A stretch of 64,000 nucleotides of DNA from Actinomycetes bacterium. GTDB lineage: Bacteria > Actinomycetota > Acidimicrobiia > Acidimicrobiales > Aldehydirespiratoraceae. The translations under genes and the position numbers were made by a program. The notes under the pieces are model-generated. The model worked only from the letters and a program-made list of their open reading frames with translations. It was not told where the DNA came from and ran no database searches. How positions within the stretch are numbered: the first letter of the stretch is position 1; each line of letters begins with the position of its first letter. Location: contig JAJRXC010000013.1 of the NCBI GenBank assembly GCA_024276495.1, positions 6,402 to 70,401 on the forward strand, in the 5' to 3' direction. Shown here one piece after another: positions 56,017 to 64,000 of the stretch.

Positions 56017-57555
56017 TCACCGGATCGTGACCTCGGCGATCTCCAGGCGGATCGGAACCGGGCCCGATCCGAGATCGGTGATCCAGATCACGACGGTGTC
56101 GCCACGGCCGGTCAGCGGGATCACGGCCGTCGAACCGAGGTCCGACGCGCGAGCGGCCGGCGGGCCGAACCCGCCGATGCCGGTGGACGGGTCGGGGAGT
56201 GGGCTGGTCGCGACATAGATCTCGGCGGCCCACGACTGCCCGGCCACCGTGCGAATCGTGACCGAATCGATGTCGGTCACCCGTTCGAGGCTCACCACGA
56301 GACCGACCCCGGACTTCGTTCCGAGATCTCGCGACTCGTAGCGCTCCGTCGGCCACGCGGTGCCGACATCGCCGTCGATCGCACGCGGGGCCTGCTCGTC
56401 GTGCTCGCCGGGAGTGCCGGATCCCTCCGGATCGAACGCCACCGCCCGCACCGGGGCCACGCCGTCGGAACCCGGATCGGGCGCGGCCGCGTCATCGGAC
56501 GAGGGGTTCGGCGACGTCGAGATCGCGGCGACGAGGGTCCAACCCAACACGGCGATCGCGGCCAGGACGACGACCCCGAGCAGCCGCGGCCACCATCGCC
56601 GCCGATGCCGCACCGGTGGCCCGGCCGGCGCGGTTCGAGACCGCACGGTCGGTGGTGCGGCCAAGGCCGTCGTGGGCGCCGCCCCCGGCCCGTTGATCGG
56701 CTCCGTCGGTTCGATCGCCGGTCGCGTCGGTGGCGCCGGCAGCGTCGATCCGCCCCGCAGGGCGGCGGCGAACACGGCGGCGCTCGGCCAACGGTCGGCG
56801 GGTTCGCGGGCCAGCCCCCGCATGACGGTCGACGCGAGTGACGGGGCGATGTCGGTGCGCCGCTCACCCAGCTCGGTCGGTTCCTCCTCGAGGCGCGCGA
56901 GGGCGGTGGGAAGATCTCCGTCGCGCTGCCACGGCGGGCAGCCAGCGAGCGACTCGTACAGCACGGCGGCCAGCGCGAAGACGTCGGTGCGGCCGTCGAG
57001 AGCGGCCCCGCGAACCTGCTCGGGGGCGAGATACTTCGCGGTGCCGAGCACGATCCCGGTGGCGGTGCGGTCACCGGCGTTGGCGGTCGCGATGCCGAAG
57101 TCCGTCAGCTTCGGCCGGCCGTCGGAACCCAACAAGATGTTGGCCGGCTTCACGTCGCGATGGACGAGCCCGTGCCGGTGAAGCGCGGTGAGTCCGTCGC
57201 AGATCGTCGCCCCGATCGCGACGACGTCGTCGACGGGGAGCGGCCCGCGATCGAGAACCTGACGAAGGTCGGGCCCGTCGACCCATTCGAGCACGATCCC
57301 GGGTCGGCTCGCGATCGAGTCGTAGACCGCCACGAGGGCGGGATGGTTCACCGTCGCCGCGGTTCTGGCCTCCTCGACGAACCGGGCCAGGAAGTCCCCG
57401 TCGGCGGCGAGGTGCTCATGGAGGATCTTGATGGCGACGAGACGGCGCAGGAACTCGTCCTCGGCGGCCCAGACCGTCGCCGTCGCCCCGGAGGCGCGTC
57501 GTTCCACGAGCCGGTAGCGCTCGTCGAGAAGTGCCCCGATGTCGACGGTTCCCAC
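56017..57555 (-). CDS. Ser/Thr protein kinase with TM segment and extracellular discoidin/CBM-like domain
   Basis: 512-aa ORF with VAIK, HRDVKPANILL, DFG and YLAPE. It has a Pro/Ala linker, a TM (RLLGVVVLAAIAVLGWTLVAAI) and a C-terminal AIDGDVGTAWPTERY... domain. Confidence 0.85.
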   Translation of the reverse strand: MGTVDIGALLDERYRLVERRASGATATVWAAEDEFLRRLVAIKILHEHLAADGDFLARFVEEARTAATVNHPALVAVYDSIASRPGIVLEWVDGPDLRQVLDRGPLPVDDVVAIGATICDGLTALHRHGLVHRDVKPANILLGSDGRPKLTDFGIATANAGDRTATGIVLGTAKYLAPEQVRGAALDGRTDVFALAAVLYESLAGCPPWQRDGDLPTALARLEEEPTELGERRTDIAPSLASTVMRGLAREPADRWPSAAVFAAALRGGSTLPAPPTRPAIEPTEPINGPGAAPTTALAAPPTVRSRTAPAGPPVRHRRRWWPRLLGVVVLAAIAVLGWTLVAAISTSPNPSSDDAAAPDPGSDGVAPVRAVAFDPEGSGTPGEHDEQAPRAIDGDVGTAWPTERYESRDLGTKSGVGLVVSLERVTDIDSVTIRTVAGQSWAAEIYVATSPLPDPSTGIGGFGPPAARASDLGSTAVIPLTGRGDTVVIWITDLGSGPVPIRLEIAEVTIR

Positions 57556-57623
57556 GGCGCGGACGGTAGCGGCTCGGGTCGTGGCGGCACTCGCGGTTCG
57601 CGCGTCGGGTGGTCAGCTCGGGG

Positions 57624-58457
57624 TCACGTGGTCGTCTGGAAGGCGATGCCCATCACCCGCGGACCGCCGTGGGTGCCGACGACGGGCCCGATCTTCTCGA
57701 CCCGCACCGAGTCGATGTCGACGAGATCCGCGATCAGGGCGAGGAAGTCGTCGATGTCGGGGGCGTCGCCGTGCATCACGGCGAGGTTCTCGACGGGCAC
57801 CACTTCGGCCAGCTTGTCGCGAAGCCAGACCAGCGACTTCTTGCGGGTGCGCACCTTGCCCGCCTCTTCCACCTCGCCGGAGGAGATGTCGATGATCGGC
57901 TTGATCGCCAGCATCGAACCGAGCAACGCCTGGGCGCCGCCGATGCGGCCGCCCTTTTTGAGGTTCTCGAGCGTGTCGAGGGCACCGAAGACCCGGGTTC
58001 GTTCGCTCAGCGACGCGACCGCGGCCACGATCTCGTCGGTGCTCGCCCCGTCCACCCCCAGCTGGGCGGCGGCGATGACGATCGAACCGAGCCCCGCGGT
58101 GATCGACCGGCTGTCGACCACGCGGATGTCGCCATCGGTTTGATCGGCGGCGGTCTGGGCCGACTGCATCGTCGCCGACAACCCGGAGGAGATGTTGATG
58201 CAGACGACGCCGTCGGCACCGCTGTCGAGCTGCCGACGGAAGGCCTCCGCGAACTTCCCCGGTGCCGGTGCGGCGGTCTCGGGCAGATCGTCGGAGGCGG
58301 CGAGGAGCCGGTAGAACTCGCTGACGGTCAACTCCTCGCGGTCGATGTACTCCTTGTCGCCGAAACGGATGGACAACGGCACGACCTCGATGCCGTAGTG
58401 GGCGACCTCGTCGCCACGAAGATCACACGAACTGTCGGTCACGATGCGGACGGTCAC
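57624..58457 (-). CDS. DegV family fatty-acid-binding protein
   Basis: Track ORF 57624..58538 trimmed to GTG 58457 (GTGA overlap with the upstream stop). It begins VTVRIVTDSSCDL, which is DegV-typical. Confidence 0.8.
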   Translation of the reverse strand: MTVRIVTDSSCDLRGDEVAHYGIEVVPLSIRFGDKEYIDREELTVSEFYRLLAASDDLPETAAPAPGKFAEAFRRQLDSGADGVVCINISSGLSATMQSAQTAADQTDGDIRVVDSRSITAGLGSIVIAAAQLGVDGASTDEIVAAVASLSERTRVFGALDTLENLKKGGRIGGAQALLGSMLAIKPIIDISSGEVEEAGKVRTRKKSLVWLRDKLAEVVPVENLAVMHGDAPDIDDFLALIADLVDIDSVRVEKIGPVVGTHGGPRVMGIAFQTTT

Positions 58458-60415
58458 GATTCCCCCTCGGTGGACGCGGCCGAGACCGTAGCAGCGGCAC
58501 GGTTGCGGCGGACGCGGAGGATGGTTCGGATCCACCACGCGCCGAGGATGAGCAGGGCGATGACGGAGATCACCAGGCCCAACCCGGAGATCGCGGTCGA
58601 CCGGATGTCGACGGTTCCCGAGCCGAGCTCGAACAGACCGCCGGGGGAGATCAACGTGGCGGTGACGCGGGCATCGCCCGACGCGAGCGTCTCGACCGGG
58701 ATGGTCAGGTCCGTCTCCCCGGGCCGAAGGGTCAAGGTGAGACGATCGCCGTCGGGGAAGCGGAGCTTCTCGGCACTGAGCAGGAGCTCGACGTTGATCG
58801 GGAGCGGCTGGCGGTTGACGACGGTGAGCGGCAAGTCGGTCCGGCGGTCGGTCAACGTGATGCGTTCGCTCGGCGCGATCTCGAGGCCGGCGGTTCCGGC
58901 GAGCACGGCATCGAAGACCGTCTCGGCGTAGGCACGGGCGTCGTCGGTGGTCAGATCCGCCGAGACCGCGGCGCGAAGCAGGGTGCGCAGGGGAGTGATC
59001 GGATCCTCCTCGGGCGCCACCATCGCCGCGAGGGTGTCGACCGATGTGGCGGCGGTTCGGAGCTCGGCGGCGAGAATCGCGACGTCGGGTGGTTCGGTCG
59101 GCACCAGGGAGCCACGGACCAGGGTCCCGGAGGTCGTGCGGGCCGGATCCATCTCGAAGACCTGCTCGAGTCCGGTGGTCGTGAGCTCCGGTCGGGCGGT
59201 GATCCCGTCGAGGAGGATGTCGAGCGCGTCGGGGTCGATCTCGTCGAGATCAAGGACGATCGCGAGATCGTCGGGGGCCGACCGCGCGGTGATCGCGAGC
59301 TCGGCGAGGGCCTGATATCCCCCGAGCTCGGCGTCGGGGTCGGCGAGGGTGGTCTGGAGGTCGTCGTCGATTCGCATGGCGGGGATCGCCACACCGTTGT
59401 CGTCGACGAGTTGGAACGGGTGGGGTCCGATCCGGGTCTTCGTCGAGATCGAGAGCTGATCGTCGCGGACGATCACCGCGCTCGCACCCACAGTTCGCAA
59501 CAGGCCGAGCGTCTCGGCGGTGGCGTCTGGATCCAGGCGCACCAGGCCGGTCGGGGAGTCGGTGGTGATCGCCTCCAGCGTGTCGTTTCCGAGGGCGTAC
59601 TGGGCGACGACGTTCTCCGCTTCGTCGGCGCGCCGCCAGGCCTCTTCGTCGATGTCGACCCAGGGCGTCCGCATCATCGGTCGACCGCGGAGGATCTCGA
59701 GGAGCGTGTCGAGTCGGCCGGGGTCGAGGCGACGGAGCGCATCGAGGGTCTCGGGTCGGAGCTCGATCGTCACCGGGAGGAGGGGGCGGGCCCGGAGGGC
59801 CGACGCGGAGGCGAGCAGGCGATCGATGTCGAGTCGCAGGCTGCGGTCGGTCTGCAACGCGACCGGCGCGGCGATGGTGGAGACGAAGGCGACCCGCAGC
59901 TCGGTGTCGGCTGGTTCGTCGAGCACCAGCAGCGACGTGGTGAACGAGTCGAGCTCCTCGCGGTTGTCGTCGATCAGGCGGACGATCAACGGCAGCGCCC
60001 CGCGATTCCTTCGGAGCGCCTCGCCGATGAGCTCGTCCTCGAACGTGACGGTGATGAGTCCGCCCGCACCGAACTCGACGACGGCCTGATCGCACTCGCC
60101 GTCGAGCGGACAGTCGAAGAACGAGAGCCGCGATCCGCCGACGGGAGCCGTGTCGTGAGCGGCTCGGACGTCGTCGCGGGTGAGCAGGGGGGTTCGCAGG
60201 ATCGTGATCTCGAGGCGGGTGCCGTCGGGGGCGCCGCCCACCCGCAAGACGAGCTCGACCGGGTTCTCGTCGACGAAGAGCGTCTGGGCGACGAGGTCGA
60301 GCCGACCACCGCCCTGGGCGCTCGCCGGTTCGGGGCGACCGAGCACGGCCGCGCCGGTCGCGAAGAGCAACAATGCGACGACGACGGGCGTCGTTCGAGA
60401 TGTCGATCGGGTCAT
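58454..60415 (-). CDS. large secreted protein with C-terminal membrane anchor (Rv3909-like position; possibly DUF6049)
   Basis: 653-aa ORF. It has a signal peptide (VVVALLLFATGAAVLGRPEPASA) and a C-terminal TM (GLGLVISVIALLILGAWWI). The family name is from memory and synteny only. Confidence 0.55.
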   Translation of the reverse strand: MTRSTSRTTPVVVALLLFATGAAVLGRPEPASAQGGGRLDLVAQTLFVDENPVELVLRVGGAPDGTRLEITILRTPLLTRDDVRAAHDTAPVGGSRLSFFDCPLDGECDQAVVEFGAGGLITVTFEDELIGEALRRNRGALPLIVRLIDDNREELDSFTTSLLVLDEPADTELRVAFVSTIAAPVALQTDRSLRLDIDRLLASASALRARPLLPVTIELRPETLDALRRLDPGRLDTLLEILRGRPMMRTPWVDIDEEAWRRADEAENVVAQYALGNDTLEAITTDSPTGLVRLDPDATAETLGLLRTVGASAVIVRDDQLSISTKTRIGPHPFQLVDDNGVAIPAMRIDDDLQTTLADPDAELGGYQALAELAITARSAPDDLAIVLDLDEIDPDALDILLDGITARPELTTTGLEQVFEMDPARTTSGTLVRGSLVPTEPPDVAILAAELRTAATSVDTLAAMVAPEEDPITPLRTLLRAAVSADLTTDDARAYAETVFDAVLAGTAGLEIAPSERITLTDRRTDLPLTVVNRQPLPINVELLLSAEKLRFPDGDRLTLTLRPGETDLTIPVETLASGDARVTATLISPGGLFELGSGTVDIRSTAISGLGLVISVIALLILGAWWIRTILRVRRNRAAATVSAASTEGES

Positions 60416-61134
60416 GACAGGGCGCGGGCCAGAACCGTCAGATGATGATCGGCCGGCCGAAACCCCAGGTGCTCGTAGAGGCGCAGGGCTCGCGCGTTGG
60501 CCTCCTGGGTGTTGACCCAGCCGACGTTCGCGCCCCGGCGGCGCATCCAGTGGAGCGCGTCGTGCACCAGCGCCGATCCGATCCCGGCGCCTTGACGGTC
60601 GGGGTCCACCGCCAACCGTTGAAGGAAACCCTGGGAGCCGGCTCTTCCCGCGATCGTGTAGCCGACGATGTCCGGATCACGGACGACCCGCAGCCGGCTG
60701 ATCGGCGTCGCGTCGAGCGCGTCGTCGAGCCCGGTGTCGTCGAGCCGCCAGAACTCGTCGAACGTTCGGGAATCGAGGGCCAGGATCTCGTCACGGTCCG
60801 CCGCGTGACCCCGTTCGATTCGAACGCCGGGCCGTCGTCGGGGCCAGCGCCGACCGGCCCGCGGCAGACCCCGGAGGTCGTGACGCAGCAGATGCAGGTG
60901 TTCACGCTCGACGAAGCCGTCGCGGAGGAACGCGGCGCGTTCCGGCGGCGCGACCGCCGCCGTCACCACGTCGTGGAATCCCTGGGCTTCGAGCGCGGCC
61001 CGCGCCTCGGCCAGTGCCGGTGCGGTGAGGGTGTGGGCCGGGCTGAGTGGCACCAGATACGCGAGATCGTCGCTCGCCCGCCAGCTTCCCGCTCGAAAAC
61101 GGGCGCCGCCGATCGTCAGAGACTGGAGAACCAT
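60412..61134 (-). CDS. GNAT family N-acetyltransferase
   Basis: Track ORF 60412..61434 trimmed to ATG 61134. It has the acetyl-CoA motif LQRLAVDPDRQGAGIGSALV and ...NARALRLYEHLGF. It has an ATGA overlap with the downstream gene. Confidence 0.8.
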   Translation of the reverse strand: MVLQSLTIGGARFRAGSWRASDDLAYLVPLSPAHTLTAPALAEARAALEAQGFHDVVTAAVAPPERAAFLRDGFVEREHLHLLRHDLRGLPRAGRRWPRRRPGVRIERGHAADRDEILALDSRTFDEFWRLDDTGLDDALDATPISRLRVVRDPDIVGYTIAGRAGSQGFLQRLAVDPDRQGAGIGSALVHDALHWMRRRGANVGWVNTQEANARALRLYEHLGFRPADHHLTVLARALS

Positions 61135-62197
61135 GGTTTGCGCCACGATACGCCCCGCCGGGGCCGGGACGGAAGCTACGCTCCGCGGCGTGCTCCTGGT
61201 CGTGACCGATGAACGTTGTGCCGACCATGTGGCCGGTCGATCCCATCCCGAACGCCCCGACCGACTGCGGGCGGCCCTGGACGGGGTCGCGCGGTCCGGT
61301 GTGCGCGACGCACTCGAGATGATGGTGCCCGCGAAGGTGGCCGAGTCCGATCTCGCCCGAGTCCACACGTCGGCCCTGATCGGTCGGGTGCGGGCCGTCG
61401 CCGCGAACGGCGGCGGCCGTCTCGATCCCGACACCGTGATGAACGACGCGAGCCTCGACGCGGCGGAGCTGGCGGCCGGATCGGTGTTGACCGCGATCGA
61501 CCGGTTGCGTCGACGCGGCGATCTCGCCGCGGCCTACTGCGTGGTGCGGCCACCGGGTCATCACGCGACCGCCGGGGAGTCGATGGGGTTCTGCCTCTTC
61601 AACTCGGTGGCGGTCGCGGCGGCGGCCCGAGCGGCCGAGGGCGAACGGGTCGCCGTCGTCGACATCGACGCGCATCACGGCAACGGCACGCAGGACATCT
61701 TCGTCTCCGACCCGAACGTGCTCTACGCCTCGATCCATCAGTCGCCGCTCTATCCGGGTTCGGGGGCGCTCACCGAACAGGGCACCGGCGCCGGGCTCGG
61801 TACGACCATCAACGTGCCCCTCCCGCCCGGGGCCACCGGTGATGTCGCCCGGGCCGGCATCGACGAGGTCATCGGGCCGGCCATCGACGACTTCGCCCCG
61901 GACTGGATCATCGTGTCGGCGGGATACGACGGCCACCGGGCCGACCCGATCACCGACCTCGGCTACAGCTCGGCCGATGTCGCCGATCTGGTGGCGAGCC
62001 TGCAGGAGTTGGCCCCACCTCGCCGCACCGTCGTGGTGCTCGAAGGGGGCTACGACCTCGACGCGGTGCGCGACTGCTCCGCCGCGGTCACGGCCGGGCT
62101 CGTTGGGGTTCGCCACCGCCCGGAGGAGCCGACGAGTGGCGGACCGGGCGCAGAGGTCGTGGCCCGGGCGCGGTGGCTGCGCCAGGAGCTCCCGTGA
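61133..62197 (+). CDS. histone-deacetylase-family (AcuC/arginase-fold) deacetylase
   Basis: Frame of track ORF 61025..62197. It has HPERPDR, RPPGHHA, DIDAHHGNGTQ and SAGYD. Start candidates are ATG 61133 (overlapping the GNAT start) and GTG 61190. Confidence 0.85.
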   Translation: MVCATIRPAGAGTEATLRGVLLVVTDERCADHVAGRSHPERPDRLRAALDGVARSGVRDALEMMVPAKVAESDLARVHTSALIGRVRAVAANGGGRLDPDTVMNDASLDAAELAAGSVLTAIDRLRRRGDLAAAYCVVRPPGHHATAGESMGFCLFNSVAVAAAARAAEGERVAVVDIDAHHGNGTQDIFVSDPNVLYASIHQSPLYPGSGALTEQGTGAGLGTTINVPLPPGATGDVARAGIDEVIGPAIDDFAPDWIIVSAGYDGHRADPITDLGYSSADVADLVASLQELAPPRRTVVVLEGGYDLDAVRDCSAAVTAGLVGVRHRPEEPTSGGPGAEVVARARWLRQELP

Positions 62198-63489
62198 CCG
62201 ACGCCCCGCTGCCGGCCGGTCTCGTGGCGGTCGTCGAGCAGGCGAGACCCCTCACGGATCGGTTCCGACGGGCCGGTCATCGGATCTACTTCGTCGGTGG
62301 GGTCGTCCGCGACCATCTTCTCGAGCGGGATCGTGACGAACAGGACCTCGACGCCACCACCGACGCCCGTCCGCAACGGATCAAGGAGCTGGTGGCGGAT
62401 CTCGCGGAGGCGGTGTGGACCCAGGGTGAACGGTTCGGCACCATCGGGTGCACCATCGACGGCCAGCCCTACGAGATCACCACCCATCGAGCCGAGGCCT
62501 ACGACCAGCAGTCACGAAAACCGGTCGTGACCTTCGGCGATCGCATCGAGGACGATCTGGCCCGTCGCGACTTCACCGTCAACGCCATCGCGGTCGACCT
62601 CGAGTCCGGCGCGCTCATCGACCCCCACGGTGGCCGCGCCGATCTCGCGGCCGGGATCCTGCGCACCCCGCTCGATCCCCGGATCTCGTTCTCGGAGGAC
62701 CCGCTCCGGATGCTGCGCGCCGCCCGTTTCCACGCCGGGTACGAGCTGACCCCCGCCTCCGAGCTGATCGTCGCGATGACCGCGATGGTCGATCGAATGG
62801 AGATCGTGTCCGTCGAACGGATCCGCGACGAGCTCCAGAAGCTGATCCTGCTCGACGCTCCCGACCCCGGCCTCGTCTTGTTGGGTTCGACGGGGTTGTT
62901 GGCCGCGGTGTTGGCCCCGGTGGGGAACCTCGACCCCGACGCGGCCCGGCGTCTGGGCGAACGCGTCGCCGCGGTCCCCGGCGATGCCGCGATGCGTTGG
63001 GCCGCGCTGCTCGCGCCCTACGGAGTGGCGGCCGCCGACCTCCACCGGCTGCGATTCTCGGGGGCCCTGACCCGTGATGTCATCTGGTTCGCCTCGGCCA
63101 TCGACTGGGTCGACTCGCCGGACGCCCGCCCGTGTGATCGGCCGTCGTTGCGCCGCGCTGCCGCGCTCGTTCCCCGCGGCCGTGATCTCACCGAGCTCTA
63201 CGACTGGGTGGAACGACTCCGTCTCGTCGACGGCCTCGCCACCGGCGACCTGGTCGCCCATCGGGAGGCCCTGGCGGCGCTGCGGGCCGTGGAACCCGAT
63301 CTGGCCGATCCGGCGCCACTGCTCACCGGCACCCAGGTGGGCGCGATTCTCGGCATCGAACCGGGTCGCGAGGTTGGCACGGCGATGAGATGGCTTCGCG
63401 ACCTGCGAATCGAGCGAGGCCCGATGTCGGCGGAGACGGCCGCCGCGGAGCTGACCGCCTGGTGGCCGACCCGTGACCGGACGGGCTAG
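62173..63489 (+). CDS. cca: CCA tRNA nucleotidyltransferase / poly(A) polymerase family (PcnA-like)
   Basis: 438-aa ORF with IYFVGGVVRDHLL...DLDATTDARP and RDFTVNA motifs. An alternative GTG 62194 forms GTGA with the upstream stop. Confidence 0.85.
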   Translation: MAAPGAPVTDAPLPAGLVAVVEQARPLTDRFRRAGHRIYFVGGVVRDHLLERDRDEQDLDATTDARPQRIKELVADLAEAVWTQGERFGTIGCTIDGQPYEITTHRAEAYDQQSRKPVVTFGDRIEDDLARRDFTVNAIAVDLESGALIDPHGGRADLAAGILRTPLDPRISFSEDPLRMLRAARFHAGYELTPASELIVAMTAMVDRMEIVSVERIRDELQKLILLDAPDPGLVLLGSTGLLAAVLAPVGNLDPDAARRLGERVAAVPGDAAMRWAALLAPYGVAAADLHRLRFSGALTRDVIWFASAIDWVDSPDARPCDRPSLRRAAALVPRGRDLTELYDWVERLRLVDGLATGDLVAHREALAALRAVEPDLADPAPLLTGTQVGAILGIEPGREVGTAMRWLRDLRIERGPMSAETAAAELTAWWPTRDRTG

Positions 63490-64000
63490 ACCCCCAGCTT
63501 CTTGGCCCGGACCACCAGGGTCGCGGGAAGGAGCTGCTCGGCGCGCCGTTCGAGCACGGTGTCGACGGAGAAGTTGGCTCGGCACAACGAGGTGACGATC
63601 GCCTCGACCGTGTGGACCCGACGGTCACCCACGAACCCGTCGGTGTCCCAGGGTTGGATCGTGCGGGTCGGATCCCGCGGGTCGGCACACAACGCGGCGG
63701 GATGGGGAACCGACGCCACGAGGTGGCCACCGGGCCCGATCACCCGGTGAACCTGACGGAAGACACGGTCGAGGTCGGCGACGAAGGACAAGGTCGTGAC
63801 GGCCAGCGCCAGATCCACATGATCGGCCGCGAGGAACGCCAGCTCGGCCGGCTCGGCCTGATGGAACTCGACGGTCACCTCCATCTCGGCGGCCAGGGCC
63901 CGAGCCGCGCGCAACTGGGCGACGTCGGCGTCGATCGCGATCACCCGGGCGCCACGTCGGGCGAGCCTGACCGCCGCGTGCCCCTGTCCACAACCGAGCT
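63486..64000 (-). CDS. class I SAM-dependent methyltransferase; the N-terminal end runs off the window
   Basis: The frame of track ORF 63486..63944 stays open to the window edge and reads ...LGCGQGHAAVRLARRGARVIAIDAD (SAM motif I, then the acidic loop). Confidence 0.75.
   Translation of the reverse strand, partial: LGCGQGHAAVRLARRGARVIAIDADVAQLRAARALAAEMEVTVEFHQAEPAELAFLAADHVDLALAVTTLSFVADLDRVFRQVHRVIGPGGHLVASVPHPAALCADPRDPTRTIQPWDTDGFVGDRRVHTVEAIVTSLCRANFSVDTVLERRAEQLLPATLVVRAKKLGV

Overview
This is a visibly high-GC, actinobacterial-type chromosome segment centred on the replication origin. From about 34 to 64 kb it carries the ori-proximal gene order known from Mycobacterium and Streptomyces. 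In order: tRNA-Ile, DUF3566, [two inserted genes], gyrA, gyrB, dciA, recF, dnaN, a DnaA-box region, dnaA, a second DnaA-box region, rpmH, rnpA, yidD, yidC, jag, rsmG, two parS sites, parA, parB, cwlM, trxA, trxB, an ECF sigma/anti-sigma pair, a Ser/Thr kinase, DegV, an Rv3909-like protein, GNAT, a deacetylase and cca. The first 34 kb is a metabolic/accessory stretch. It holds an SDR, an ECF sigma with a Kelch-repeat anti-sigma candidate, amidohydrolases, TetR/MarR/MmyB regulators and a three-subunit molybdo-hydroxylase followed by a MoaD-like protein. It also holds TauD, a D-aminoacylase, a Tat-exported GH43 protein with three SLH domains, a split B12 acyl-CoA mutase with MeaB, an unusual S26 peptidase and a lipid-acyltransferase/lipase cluster. 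I found no CRISPR array, transposase, integrase, prophage or recognisable defence module, and I cannot point to a clear new multi-gene system. The strongest second-look items are these. (1) A glutathione peroxidase whose single in-frame TGA sits on the catalytic residue and is followed by a SECIS-like hairpin, so it is probably a selenoprotein that would be miscalled as truncated. (2) A family of about 60-bp palindromic intergenic repeats sharing an identical 23-mer, in three copies. One copy is flanked by G-quadruplex-type runs and another supplies a gene's stop codon. (3) An S26 signal peptidase with His in place of the general-base Lys, plus a C-terminal TM segment. (4) A 5 x 15-bp in-frame tandem repeat at the junction of the two mutase subunits. 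(5) An orphan TadE-like gene and a DUF3445 gene inserted into the otherwise conserved gyrA-DUF3566 junction. All functional calls rest on motifs read by eye and on remembered family signatures. No database search was possible. Many long antisense ORFs in the track are high-GC artefacts.
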